Of a stretch of 64,000 nt of DNA, positions 49,965 to 63,615 are shown piece by piece; position 1 is the first letter of the stretch, and each line of letters starts with the position of its first letter. This DNA comes from Mobula hypostoma. Lineage: Eukaryota. The stretch spans positions 5,954,001 through 6,018,000 of the forward strand of contig NC_086101.1 of assembly GCF_963921235.1 (NCBI RefSeq). The letters run 5' to 3'. Position numbers and translations under genes: made by a program. Under the pieces are notes generated by a model. That model had not been told where the DNA came from, made no database searches, and was given only the letters and a program-made list of their open reading frames with translations.

Positions 49965-52900
49965 GAGAAGGAGGGGGAGGGGAGGGAGGAGAGAGAGGGA
50001 TGGAGGGAGAGAAGGGGAGGGAGGGAGAGAGGGAGGGGGAGAGAGGGGGCGAGAGAGTGGGAGGAGGGAGGGGGGAGGAAGGGGGAGTGGGGAGAGAGTG
50101 GGTGGGGGGAGGGCGGGAGAGAGGGGGAAAGATGGAGGGAGAGAGGGGGAGTGGGGAGGGGAGAGAGGGGGAGGGAGGGAGGGAGAGTGGGGGAGGGGGA
50201 GGGGGGAGTGCGGGGGAGGGGGAGTGGAGGGAAGGAGAGATGGGGAGGGGGAGGAGGAGGGGGAGGGAGGGAGAGAGGGATGAGGGAGGGAGAGGGGAGA
50301 GAGAGGGGGGGAGGGGGGAGTGGAGAGAGAGGGAGGGAGGGAGAGAGGGGGAGGGGAGGAGGAGGGGGGAGGGAGAGGGCGAGGGAGGGGGAGGGAGGGA
50401 GGGAGAGAGGGGGAAGGAGGGAGGGAGAGAGGGGGGAGGGAGGAAGAAAGGGGGAGGAGGAGGGGGGAGGGAGAGGGCGAGGGAGGGGGAGGGAGGGAGG
50501 GAGGGAGAGAGGGGGAAGGAGGGAGGGAGCGAGAGGGAGTGAGAGAGGAGCGAGAGGGGGAAAGAGGGAGGGGGATGGGGAGGAGTAGGGGGAGGGGGAT
50601 GAGGAGGGGGAGGGAGAGTGGGGAGGGAGGGAGGGAGAGAGGGGGAAGGAGGGAGGGAGAGAGGGGGAAGGAGAAAGGGTAGGGGGTGAGCGGGGAGAGA
50701 GGGGGAGTCTGGAGGGGGGAGTGAGGGGGAGGGAGGAGGGAGAGGGAGGGAGAGTGGAAGTGGGAGGGTGGGGGAGAGGGGGGAGGGAGAGGGAGAGAGG
50801 GGGAGTGGGGAGTGAGGGAGGGAGAGAAGGTGAGGGAGGGAGGGGGAGGGGGAAGGAAGGAGGGGGAGGGAGGAAGAAAGGGGAGGGAGGGAGGGAGAGG
50901 GGAGAGAGGGGAGGGAGAGAGAGGGAGGGTGAGGGGGAGAAGGGGTGGGGGGAGGGAGGGAGAGAGGGGGAGGGGGATGTAGGGTTAGAGGGGGGGAGGG
51001 AGGAGAGAGAAGGATGGAGGGAGAGAGGGGGAGGGAGGGAGAGAGGGAGGAGGGGGAGGGGAGGGAGTGTGGGAGGGGGAGAGAGGGGGCGAGAGAGTGG
51101 GAGGAGGGAGGGAGGAGGGAGGGGGGAGGGAGGGGGAGTGGGGAGAGAGGGGGTGGGGGGAGGGAGGGAGAGGGGGGAGTGGGGAGGGGAGAGAGGGAGG
51201 GAGAGTGGGGGAGGGGGGAGTGGGGAGAGAGGGAGAGGCTGGAGGGAGCAGAGAGGGGGGAGGGAGGAGGGGAAGGGGGAGGGAGAGGGGGGTGAGTGGG
51301 AGTGGGAGGGTGGGGGAGAGGGAGAGAGGGGAGGGGGTGAGAGGGTGAGGGAGGGAGGGAGAGGGGGAAGGAGGGAGCGAGAGAGGGGGAAGGAGGGAGG
51401 GAGAGAGGGGGACGGAGGAAGAGAGGGTGGAGGGAGGGAGGGAGAGGGGAGAGAGGGGGAGGGAGAGGGGGAGGGGGAGGGGGATATAGGTTTAGAGGGG
51501 GAGGGAGTAGGGGGAGGGAGGGAGGGAGAGAGGGGCAGGGAGGGAGGGAGAGAGGCGGAGGGAGTGAGGGAGAGAGGAGAGGGGGGAGTGGAGAGAGAGG
51601 GAGGGAGGGAGAGAAGGCGAGGGGGAGGAGGAGGGGGAGGGAGGGAGAGAGGGAGGAGGGGGAGAGTGTGAGGGGGAGGGTGGGGAGGGAGAGAGGGGGA
51701 AGGAGGGAGGGAGAGAGGGGGAGGGAGGGAGGGAGAGAGGGGGAGGGAGTGAGGGAGAGAGGAGAGGGGGGAGTGGAGAGAGAGGGAGGGAGGGAGAGAA
51801 GGCGAGGGGGAGGAGGAAGGGGAGGGAGGGAGAGGGGGGAAGGAGGGAGGGAGAGAGGAGAGAGAGGGGGAAGGAGGGAGGGGGATGGGAGGAGGAGTGG
51901 GAGGGAGGAGGGAGGGAGAGAAGGTGAGGGAGGGAGCAAGAGGGGGAAGGAGGGAGGGAGAGAGGGAAGGGGAGGAAGAAAGGGGGGAGGGAGGGGGAGG
52001 GAGAGAGGGGAGGGAGGGAGAGAGGGAGGGTGAGAGGGGGAGAAAGGGGTGGGGGAGGGGGGAGGGAGGGGGAGGGAGGGAGGGAGAGGGTGATGAAGGG
52101 GATGTAGGGTTAGAGGGGGAGGGGGAGGGAGGAGAGAGGAATGGAGGGAGAGAGGGGGAGGGAGGGAGAGAGGGAGGAGGGGGGAGAGTGGGAGGGGGAG
52201 GGTGGAGGAGAGGGGGAGGGAGAGAGGGGGAGGGGAGGGTGGGAGAGGGGGGAGGGAGGGAGAGAGGGGGAAGGAGGGAGAGAGGGGGTGGGGGTGAGGG
52301 GGAGGGAAGGAGAGATGGGGAGGGAGGGGGAGGGAGGGAGAGGGGGAGGGGAGAGGGAGGGAGGGAGAGAGGGGGAAGGAGAGAGGGGGAAGGAGGGAGG
52401 GAGAGGGAGGAAGAAGGGGAAGGAGGGAGCGAGGGGCGAGGGAGAGAGGGGGAGGGGGGAGGAGGAGGCGGAGGGAGAGGGGGGAGGGGGAGGGAGGGAG
52501 AGGGGGAGGGGGTGAGGTAGGGAGGGAGAGAGAGGGAGGGTGAGGGGGGGAAGGGGTGGGGGGAGGGAGTGAGGGAGAGAGGGGGAGGGTGATGTAGGTT
52601 TAGGGGGGAGGGGGAGGGAGTAGAGAGAGGGATGGAGGGAGAGAAGGGGAGGGAGGGAGGGAGAGAGGGGGAGGGAGGAGAGAGGGGTAGGGAGGGAGGG
52701 AGAGAGGGAGGAGGGGGGAGAGTGTGAGGGGGTGGGGGAGAGGGGGGAGGGAGAGAGGGGGAAGGAGGGAGGGAGAGAGGGGGAGGGAGGGAAAGAGTGG
52801 GAGGGAGGGAGGGAGAGAGAGGGAGGGAGGGAGAGAGGGGGAGGGGAGTGAGGGAGGGGAGGGGGAGTGGAGAGAGAGGGAGGGAGGGAGAGAGGGGGAA

Positions 52901-54302
52901 TGAGAGAGGGGAGGGGGTGAGGGGGGAGTGAGGGGGAGGCTGGAGGGGGAGTGAGGGGGAGAGAGGAGGGAGAGGGAGGGAGAGTGGGAGGGTGGGGGAG
53001 AGGGGGGAGGGAGAGGGGGAGGGGGAGAGAGGGGGAGGGAGGGAGAGAAGGTGAGGGAGGAAGAGGGGGAGGGAGGGGGAGGGAGGAAGAAAGGGGGAGG
53101 GAGGGAGGGAGAGGGGAGAGAGGGGGAGGGAGAGGGGGGAGGGGTGAGGGAGGGAGAGAGAGGGAGGGTGAGAGGGGGAGAAAGGGGTGGGGGAGGGGTG
53201 AGGGAGGGGGAGGGAGGGAGGGAGAGGGGGATGAGGGGGATGTAGGGTTAGAGGGGGAGGGAGGAGAGAGAGGAATGGAGGGAGAGAGGGGGAGAGAGGG
53301 AGGAGGGGGGAGAGTGGGATGGGGAGGGTGGGAGGGGGGAGTGGAGAGAGATGGAGGGAGAGGGGGAGGGGGAGGAGGGGGAGGGAGGGGGGAGGGGAGA
53401 GAGAGGGGGAGGGAGAGAGGGGGAAGGAGGGAGTGACAGAGGGCGAGGGGGGAGGAGGAGGGGGAGGGAGAGGGGGGAGGGAGGGAGAGGGGGAAGGAGA
53501 GAGGGGGTGGGGGTGAGGGGCAGTGAGGGGGAGGGAAGGAGAGATGGGGAGGGAGGGAGAGAGGGAGAGAGGGGGAAGGAAGGAGGGAGAGGGGGAGGGG
53601 GAGGGAGGGAGAGGGGGGAGGGGAGAGAGAGGGAGGGAGCGAGGGGGAAGGAGGGAGGGAGAGGGGGGAGGGGGAGGGAGAGAGGGGAAAGGAGGGAGAG
53701 AGGGGGAGGGGAGGGAGGGAGCGGGGGGGGAGGGAGAGAGGGGTAGGTGGGAGGAGGAGGGGAGGGAGAGGGGTGGAGGGGGAGGGAGAGAGGGAGAGAG
53801 GGGACAGGAGGGAGGGAGGGGGAGAGAGGGGGAGGGGGTGAGGGAGGGAGTGAGGGGGAGGGACGGAGTGGGAGAGGGGGATGGAGGGAGATAGGGAGAG
53901 AGGGGGAAGGAGGGAGAGAGGGTAGGGAGGGGGGGAGGGAGGGAGAGGGGGGAAAGGAGGGAGGGAGAGGGGGAAGGAGGGAGGGCGGGAGAGGGGGGAC
54001 GGAGGGAGGGAGAGGGGTGAAGGAGGGATGGAGGGAGAAAGTGGGAGGGGGTTACGCAGGGAGAGAAGGGGAGGCAGTGAGAGAGGGGGGAGGGAGGGAG
54101 TTTGTGAGGGGGAGGGAGGGAGGGAGAGAGGGGAGGAAGGGCGAGAGAGGGAGGAAGGGAGAGAGAGGGGGAGGGGGTGAGGTGGGAGAGAGGGGGTGGG
54201 AGGGAGTGGGAGGGGGGAGAGGGGGATGGAGGGAGGGAGGGGGAGGGAGAGAGGGGTAGGAGGGGAGGGGGAGGGTGGGAGGGTGAGAGGATAGAGGGAG
54301 GT
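49965..54302. repeat. 4.3-kb G/A-rich low-complexity tract
   Basis: Nearly all G/A on the + strand; recurring GATGTAGGGTTAGAGGGGG landmarks. Confidence 0.95.
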
Positions 54303-54901
54303 TCAGCAATAAGTAAATACTTCTTTTATTGAAATCCTGTCCATTGCACTGCCTTCGTCACTGGACAATACTGAATTTGCCCCTTTCTGAGAAACCTGCC
54401 AGCCACCTTCCTCTACACAGCTCCCCTCATTCAATACCATCTCCCGTTCGCTACTTTTGTCTTCGTTACGTCCTCACATCTCTACCCAACAAGCCTTGAC
54501 TAAATCGCTCTATCATTTCCCGCTCTGTTCAGACCTCACACAGGGCTGTTAACGACGGGAAAAGTTATGTTTTGGACACACGAGTTTGAATAATCCTGTG
54601 TTCAGAATTGAAATGCATGGAAGTTCACTTGTCAAGATATTTTAACCAGATTGTGGATTGATACAGGACAGTGGGATTCGTGTGGGGACTGATACAGGGG
54701 CGTGATGAAAGACTGCGACAGTGGGGTTAGAGCAAGGACTGATACAGGGCTGTTGGGAGAGCGGAACAGTGAGATTAGTGTGGGGTCTGACAAAGGACAG
54801 TGGGATTAGTGTGTGACCGACATAAGACTGTGGGGAGAGATTGGGGCAGTAGGATTAGTGTGGGGACTGACACAGGACTGTGGTAAGTGAGTGGGACAGG
54901 G

Positions 54902-57900
54902 GAATTAGTGTGGGGACTGACACAGCGCTGCAGGGAGAGAATGGGACAGTGGGATTAGTGTGGGATTGATACAGGGCTGTGGGGAAAGAGTTGGACAGCG
55001 GGATGGGTGGTGACTGACACAGGCTGCAGGGAGAGAGTGGGACAGTGGGATTAGTGTGGGATTGATACAGGGCTGTGGGGAAAGAGTTGGACAGCGGGAT
55101 GGGTGGTGACTGACACAGGCTGTTGGGAGAGAGTGGGACAGTGGGATTAGTGTGGGATTGATACAGGGCTGTGGGGAAAGAGTTGGACAGCGGGATGGGT
55201 GGTGACTGACACAGGCTGTTGGGAGAGAGTGGGACAGTGGGATTAGTGTGGGATTGATACAGGGCTGTGGGGAAAGAGTTGGACAGCGGGATGGGTGGTG
55301 ACTGACACAGGCTGTTGGGAGAGAGTGGGACAGTGGGATTAGTGTGGGATTGATACAGGGCTGTGGGGAAAGAGTTGGACAGCGGGATGGGTGGTGACTG
55401 ACACAGGCTGTTGGGAGAGAGTGGGACAGTGGGATTAGTGTGGGATTGATACAGGGCTGTGGGGAAAGAGTTGGACAGCGGGATGGGTGGTGACTGACAC
55501 AGGCTGTTGGGAGAGAGTGGGACAGTGGGATTAGTGTGGGATTGATACAGGGCTGTGGGGAAAGAGTTGGACAGCGGGATGGGTGGTGACTGACACAGGC
55601 TGTTGGGAGAGAGTGGGACAGTGGGATTAGTGTGGGATTGATACAGGGCTGTGGGGAAAGAGTTGGACAGCGGGATGGGTGGTGACTGACACAGGCTGTT
55701 GGGAGAGAGTGGGACAGTGGGATTAGTGTGGGATTGATACAGGGCTGTGGGGAAAGAGTTGGACAGCGGGATGGGTGGTGACTGACACAGGCTGTTGGGA
55801 GAGAGTGGGACAGTGGGATTAGTGTGGGATTGATACAGGGCTGTGGGGAAAGAGTTGGACAGCGGGATGGGTGGTGACTGACACAGGCTGTTGGGAGAGA
55901 GTGGGACAGTGGGATTAGTGTGGGATTGATACAGGGCTGTGGGGAAAGAGTTGGACAGCGGGATGGGTGGTGACTGACACAGGCTGTTGGGAGAGAGTGG
56001 GACAGTGGGATTAGTGTGGGATTGATACAGGGCTGTGGGGAAAGAGTTGGACAGCGGGATGGGTGGTGACTGACACAGGCTGTTGGGAGAGAGTGGGACA
56101 GTGGGATTAGTGTGGGATTGATACAGGGCTGTGGGGAAAGAGTTGGACAGCGGGATGGGTGGTGACTGACACAGGCTGTTGGGAGAGAGTGGGACAGTGG
56201 GATTAGTGTGGGATTGATACAGGGCTGTGGGGAAAGAGTTGGACAGCGGGATGGGTGGTGACTGACACAGGCTGCAGGGAGAGAGTGGGACAGTGGGATT
56301 AGTGTGGGATTGATACAGGGCTGTGGGGAAAGAGTTGGACAGCGGGATGGGTGGTGACTGACACAGGCTGCAGGGAGAGAGTGGGACAGTGGGATTAGTG
56401 TGGGATTGATACAGGGCTGTGGGGAAAGAGTTGGACAGCGGGATGGGTGGTGACTGACACAGGCTGTTGGGAGAGAGTGGGACAGTGGGATTAGTGTGGG
56501 ATTGATACAGGGCTGTGGGGAAAGAGTTGGACAGCGGGATGGGTGGTGACTGACACAGGCTGTTGGGAGAGAGTGGGACAGTGGGATTAGTGTGGGATTG
56601 ATACAGGGCTGTGGGGAAAGAGTTGGACAGCGGGATGGGTGGTGACTGACACAGGCTGTTGGGAGAGAGTGGGACAGTGGGATTAGTGTGGGATTGATAC
56701 AGGGCTGTGGGGAAAGAGTTGGACAGCGGGATGGGTGGTGACTGACACAGGCTGCAGGGAGAGAATGGGACAGTGGGATTAGTGTGGGATTGATACAGGG
56801 CTGTGGGGAAAGAGTTGGACAGCGGGATGGGTGGTGACTGACACAGGCTGTTGGGAGAGAGTGGGACAGTGGGATTAGTGTGGGATTGATACAGGGCTGT
56901 GGGGAAAGAGTTGGACAGCGGGATGGGTGGTGACTGACACAGGCTGCAGGGAGAGAATGGGACAGTGGGATTAGTGTGGGATTGATACAGGGCTGTGGGG
57001 AAAGAGTTGGACAGCGGGATGGGTGGTGACTGACACAGGCTGCAGGGAGAGAGTGGGACAGTGGGATTAGTGTGGGATTGATACAGGGCTGTGGGGAAAG
57101 AGTTGGACAGCGGGATGGGTGGTGACTGACACAGGCTGTTGGGAGAGAGTGGGACAGTGGGATTAGTGTGGGATTGATACAGGGCTGTGGGGAAAGAGTT
57201 GGACAGCGGGATGGGTGGTGACTGACACAGGCTGTTGGGAGAGAGTGGGACAGTGGGATTAGTGTGGGATTGATACAGGGCTGTGGGGAAAGAGTTGGAC
57301 AGCGGGATGGGTGGTGACTGACACAGGCTGTTGGGAGAGAGTGGGACAGTGGGATTAGTGTGGGATTGATACAGGGCTGTGGGGAAAGAGTTGGACAGCG
57401 GGATGGGTGGTGACTGACACAGGCTGTTGGGAGAGAGTGGGACAGTGGGATTAGTGTGGGATTGATACAGGGCTGTGGGGAAAGAGTTGGACAGCGGGAT
57501 GGGTGGTGACTGACACAGGCTGTTGGGAGAGAGTGGGACAGTGGGATTAGTGTGGGATTGATACAGGGCTGTGGGGAAAGAGTTGGACAGCGGGATGGGT
57601 GGTGACTGACACAGGCTGTTGGGAGAGAGTGGGACAGTGGGATTAGTGTGGGATTGATACAGGGCTGTGGGGAAAGAGTTGGACAGCGGGATGGGTGGTG
57701 ACTGACACAGGCTGTTGGGAGAGAGTGGGACAGTGGGATTAGTGTGGGATTGATACAGGGCTGTGGGGAAAGAGTTGGACAGCGGGATGGGTGGTGACTG
57801 ACACAGGCTGTTGGGAGAGAGTGGGACAGTGGGATTAGTGTGGGATTGATACAGGGCTGTGGGGAAAGAGTTGGACAGCGGGATGGGTGGTGACTGACAC

Positions 57901-59192
57901 AGGCTGTTGGGAGAGAGTGGGACAGTGGGATTAGTGTGGGATTGATACAGGGCTGTGGGGAAAGAGTTGGACAGCGGGATGGGTGGTGACTGACACAGGC
58001 TGTTGGGAGAGAGTGGGACAGTGGGATTAGTGTGGGATTGATACAGGGCTGTGGGGAAAGAGTTGGACAGCGGGATGGGTGGTGACTGACACAGGCTGTT
58101 GGGAGAGAGTGGGACAGTGGGATTAGTGTGGGATTGATACAGGGCTGTGGGGAAAGAGTTGGACAGCGGGATGGGTGGTGACTGACACAGGCTGCAGGGA
58201 GAGAGTGGGACAGTGGGATTAGTGTGGGATTGATACAGGGCTGTGGGGAAAGAGTTGGACAGCGGGATGGGTGGTGACTGACACAGGCTGTTGGGAGAGA
58301 GTGGGACAGTGGGATTAGTGTGGGATTGATACAGGGCTGTGGGGAAAGAGTTGGACAGCGGGATGGGTGGTGACTGACACAGGCTGTTGGGAGAGAGTGG
58401 GACAGTGGGATTAGTGTGGGATTGATACAGGGCTGTGGGGAAAGAGTTGGACAGCGGGATGGGTGGTGACTGACACAGGCTGTTGGGAGAGAGTGGGACA
58501 GTGGGATTAGTGTGGGATTGATACAGGGCTGTGGGGAAAGAGTTGGACAGCGGGATGGGTGGTGACTGACACAGGCTGTTGGGAGAGAGTGGGACAGTGG
58601 GATTAGTGTGGGATTGATACAGGGCTGTGGGGAAAGAGTTGGACAGCGGGATGGGTGGTGACTGACACAGGCTGCAGGGAGAGAGTGGGACAGTGGGATT
58701 AGTGTGGGATTGATACAGGGCTGTGGGGAAAGAGTTGGACAGCGGGATGGGTGGTGACTGACACAGGCTGTTGGGAGAGAGTGGGACAGTGGGATTAGTG
58801 TGGGATTGATACAGGGCTGTGGGGAAAGAGTTGGACAGCGGGATGGGTGGTGACTGACACAGGCTGCAGGGAGAGAGTGGGACAGTGGGATTAGTGTGGG
58901 ATTGATACAGGGCTGTGGGGAAAGAGTTGGACAGCGGGATGGGTGGTGACTGACACAGGCTGCAGGGAGAGAGTGGGACAGTGGGATTAGTGTGGGATTG
59001 ATACAGGGCTGTGGGGAAAGAGTTGGACAGCGGGATGGGTGGTGACTGACACAGGCTGCAGGGAGAGAGTGGGACAGTGGGATTAGTGTGGGATTGATAC
59101 AGGGCTGTGGGGAAAGAGTTGGACAGCGGGATGGGTGGTGACTGACACAGGCTGTTGGGAGAGAGTGGGACAGTGGGATTAGTGTGGGATTG
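54902..59192. repeat. 96-bp tandem satellite, ~44-45 copies
   Basis: Near-identical units of two related halves (49 + 47 bp); degenerate monomers at 54650-54900. Confidence 0.97.
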
Positions 59193-59260
59193 ACAAAACT
59201 GTGAGGAGAGAGTGTCTGTTGTGGCGGATGGAGCGGAGCTCTCCCAGAGTTACCTGCAAG

Positions 59261-62178
59261 GTAAAGGTGAATCATAAAGGATTTTAGAAAGTTATTCGGA
59301 TCAAGAGTATAACTAAGGAGATAAAAGGTCCTCTAAGTGATCAGTGTCTGTGTGTAGAAACATGAGAGAGTAGTGAGGCCTGATGAATTGCCTGTGATTA
59401 AAGTGAGCATGGTTGTGGAAGCTGGCGAATTTGTTGAATTTTGGAACATCCACTTTTCCATCCGGTCTGATATTCTGCTGTTTTGTAAAACCGTAGTTCA
59501 TCGTTGTTAATATTCTGAAATCAGGAGTATGCCAGTCCAGTTGATGGACGTAAGATAAATTCAGTTCATGGCAGCGTCGCGTTCAATCTGAGGATGGGGA
59601 GGCGAGCATCCGGACTATCTGTGCGGTTTCACGGTGCAGGATCGCCATCTGCTGCTGGAAACCAATACTGCAGGAAGGAAAGAAACAAAATGCCACTCTC
59701 AGCGAGAGTAAAATCAAAGCGAATTTATTATCAAAGTATGTCACGATGTACAGCCTTGAAATTAATTTTCTGTCAGTGTTTACAGAAAAATAAATACAAT
59801 AGAATTTCTGGAAAAATATACGTAAACAAACAAGCAATCGATGTGCAAAAGAGGACAAATTCTGCAAATAGGCATCCATTCGTGGAGAACTACAACACAG
59901 AATCAGCTCCTTTGGAACACCGAGTCCATGTCGAACTGTTATTCTGCCTAATGCCATCGACCTACACCGGGACAACAGCCCACCATACGCTTCCCCTGCA
60001 TGTACTTATCCAAACTTAAATACAGACATCAAACCTCTTCCTCTGGCAGCTTGTTCCGCACTCATACCTCTCTCTCAGTGAACACATTCCCCTCCAGATT
60101 CTCCTTCAATATTTCACCCTAGTTGTAGTCTTATCCAAACATAGTGGAAAAGCCTGCATGTACTTCCCCTATATGTCCTGTGCCGCTCATTATTTTGTAT
60201 ATCTATCAAATCGGTCCTCACACACCTAAACTCTAGGGAATTAAGTAATCATCCGTTCAACATTACGCTATAACCCAGGTCCTCAAATCCTGGCAATAAT
60301 CTTATACATTTCCTCTAAATACTCCTTCGATCTTACTGATATCTCTCCTGTAGGTAGGTGACAAGAACTACAGACAATACTCCAAATTAGACCTCAATGA
60401 CTTCTTATACAACTTTACCCTAACATCCCAGCTCAAAAGTTGCTTTAGTTTATAAAAGGGAAATCTCCCAAAATATCTCTTTACAACCTTTCTACCTGTG
60501 ATACCACTTTCAAGGTATTCTGGTACTGTATTCCCAGATTCCTCTGCTCTACTGCTCTCCTTAGTTCACTAACATTAACCATGTAAGTACTACCCTGGAT
60601 TGTCCTCCAAAAACTGCAGCAACTCTTGTTTGGATTACATTTCATCTGCCATTTTTAGTCTTCCTTGCAGTCCGCTATGGCTCAATCTTGGAGCTATCCC
60701 AAGATTGATCATTCAGTTTTCCATAATATCACTCAGGTCATTGATATTGAAGACAAACAACAGTGGACCCAACACTGATCCCTGGGGCACATCACTCGTC
60801 ACAGGCATCCACTCTGAGAGATGCAAACAAAAGGCAAATAAATAAATGAGGTGTATGAATTTATCCACACCAGTTCAGGAGGTATATTTGTAGGGTAAAT
60901 TTATTGTCCAAGTGAAAGAAACAGGCAAGAATTTATTGTTTATGGAATATGGGCATCGTCAGCAGGACCAACATTTACTGCCCACCGACTGTCCTTGAGA
61001 AGATCAAAACGAATGACATTGGTTGCTACAGTTCGTGTGCTGTCATCTATTTAAATCAATTCCTTAATAATAATGCAATATCGAGGTTAGTATTCTGTTA
61101 ATAGATGAAGTGATTGGATAATAGAACATAGAACATAGAAATCTACAGTACATTACAGGCCATTTGGCCCACAATATTCTGCCGACCATGTAACCTACTC
61201 TAGGAACTGCCTCGAATATCCCTACCACATGACTATCTATTTTCCTAAGTTCCATGTACCTATCTAAGAATCTCTTAAAATACCCTATTGTATCTGCTTC
61301 CACCACTGTTGCTGGCAATGCATTCTATGCACCCAACACTCTGTGCGAAAAACTACTCTCTGACATTTTCCTGGTACCTACTTCCAAGCACCTTAAAACT
61401 ATTCCCCCTTTTGTTAGCCATTTCAGCCCTGGGGAAAAGCCTCTGGCTATCCACACGATCAATGCCTCTCATCATCTTATACACCTCTATCAGGTCACCA
61501 CTCAACCTCCATCGCTCCAGGGAGAAAAACAACACTATTATTGGTACAATTTTCTATCTCCACCTCTATGCCCAGTCTGAAAATCCCCACTGACCAATCA
61601 ATTTCCTCTCTCTCATCCCACGGAATCCCAGATTGTGCTTCTGTCCCCGCTGACGCCCCTGATCAGTGAAGGCACTGAACATTGGAATCTGCCCACTCTC
61701 CCTGCTGGTCCCATCCACTGTTGGAATGTGGGAGGAAACTGGTTCACACAGTGGAAACCTACACGGTTATGGGAAGAATGTATGAACAGCTTACAGACAG
61801 CAGCAGGAATTGAATTCTCTCAGGGATCAGTGGCGCTGTAAAGCAATTGCGATACCACCAGGTTGCCGTGTCACCCACCTGCCATAAATATTTCCACGAG
61901 AGCCGAACATCAGATTCCTGTTGGGATAGCTCTCTACGCGACTCCCTTGTCCAGTTGTCCCTCTCCACTGATCTCCTTCCTGGCACTCATCCCTGCAAGA
62001 GAGATAAGGGCTACACCAGCCCAGGCATCTCACTCACCACCATCCAGGGTCCAAAGCACTAGTTCCAGGTGTGGTGAAAATTCACCTGTGAGTCTGCCAG
62101 CAGACTGCCCTTGAAAACGTGAAAATGAACAAGTTCAGCTGATACAGTCCGTGTGGTCTCATCCATTTAAATTAATAC
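59261..62178 (+). repeat. Segmental duplication copy C
   Basis: Closely matches 22394-25322 and more distantly 1002-1830. Confidence 0.9.
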
Positions 62179-62559
62179 CTAACACAAATGTTAAATAGTG
62201 TTTACTGAGGTCAGAATTCCATTAACAGGTGGTGATTGAATAATGAACACTACTATCAGTGCAACTTTCTATCCCAATGTCTACACACAGAGTGAAAATC
62301 CTCACTGACCCATCAGTTTGCTCTCTCTCCTGCCCCTTTGTCTCCCAGAATCCTGCATTATGCTCCTGTCTCTGCCGCTGCTCCCAGGTTGGTGAAGGTA
62401 TCTAACATCGGAATTTGTTCATTCTCTCTCCTCCAATTTCCCTTTACCCTGGAAAACAGTTCTAGCTGATTAACATATCAGCCGATCCTTCATGGTCATG
62501 GAGTGCAAATCTCACTGCCGAGCAGCAACTTGGGAACTGCCTTACCATACAGTAAATGC

Positions 62560-63435
62560 TGGTTGTGCTGGGGTGACCACATTCCCTACTCTCTCTATAC
62601 CCATGACTGTGTGGCTAGGCATCGCTCAAATACCATCTATGAATTTGCTGACAATACAAACGTCATTGGTAGAATCTTAGATGGAGATGAGAGGCATACA
62701 GGACTGAGATATGCCAACTAGTGGAGTGGTGTCACAGCAACAACCTGGCACTCAACGTCAGTAAGACGAAAGAGCTGATTGTGGACTTGAGGAAGGGTAA
62801 GACAAAGGGACACATACCAATCCTCACAGAGAGATGGGAAGTGGAGAGAGTGAGCAGTTTCAAGTTCCTGGGTGTCAAGATCTCTAAGGATCTAACCTGG
62901 TCCCAACATATCAATGTAGTTATAAAGAAGACAAGACAGTGACTATACTTCATTAGGAGTTTGACGTGATTTGGTATGTCAACAAATACACTCAAAAACT
63001 TCTATAGTTGTTCCGTGGAGAGCATTCTGACAGGCTGCATCACCGTCTGGTATTGGCAGGGGCGGGGCGGGCGGTACTGCACAGGACCAAAAGAAGCTGC
63101 AGAGGGTTGTAAATCTAGTCAGCTCCATCTTGGGTACTAGCTTACAAAATACCCAGGACATCTTCAAGGATCGGTGTCTCAGAAAGGCAGCGTCTATTAT
63201 TAAGGGCCTCCAGCACCCAGGGCATGCCCTTTTCTCACTGTTACCATCAGGAAGGAGGTACAGAAGCCTGAAGGCACACACTCAGCAATTCAGGAACAGC
63301 TTCTTCCTCTCTGCCATCCGATTCCTAAATGGACATTGAATGTTTGGACACTACCTCACCTTTTTATAATATGCAGTATCTGTTTTTGCACATTTTAAAA
63401 ATCTATTTAATATACAGAATTGATTTACTTATTCA
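62560..63435 (+). mobile_element. Rex/Babar-like LINE 3' fragment
   Basis: SLYTHDC..FADNT..WCHSNNLALNVSKTKE..FKFLGV..LLPSGRRYRS. Confidence 0.8.
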
Positions 63436-63615
63436 TGGTCTTCTGCATTCACAGCTTCCATCACTCCACCGCTGGCGTTCCTACTCTCAGACCCTGGTTA
63501 GATCCCAAGTCCTGGAATTCCATCCATTAACCATACCGCTTCTGCATCCTCTGGAAACTGATTCTCTTTATCTTCTGAGCATCTCGAGAACAGTATCACT
63601 GGGTCCCTCCTGTAA

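Noticed and set aside
50975..50995. Interstitial telomeric repeat (TAGGGTTAG)
   Set aside because: Isolated partial motif, no tandem TTAGGG array
49849..54309. Long Pro/Ser/Leu and Gly/Glu/Arg ORFs
   Set aside because: Stop codons are rare in G/A-only sequence; compositional artefact
54902..59192. CRISPR-like array
   Set aside because: No unique spacers; head-to-tail near-identical units in vertebrate DNA with no cas genes
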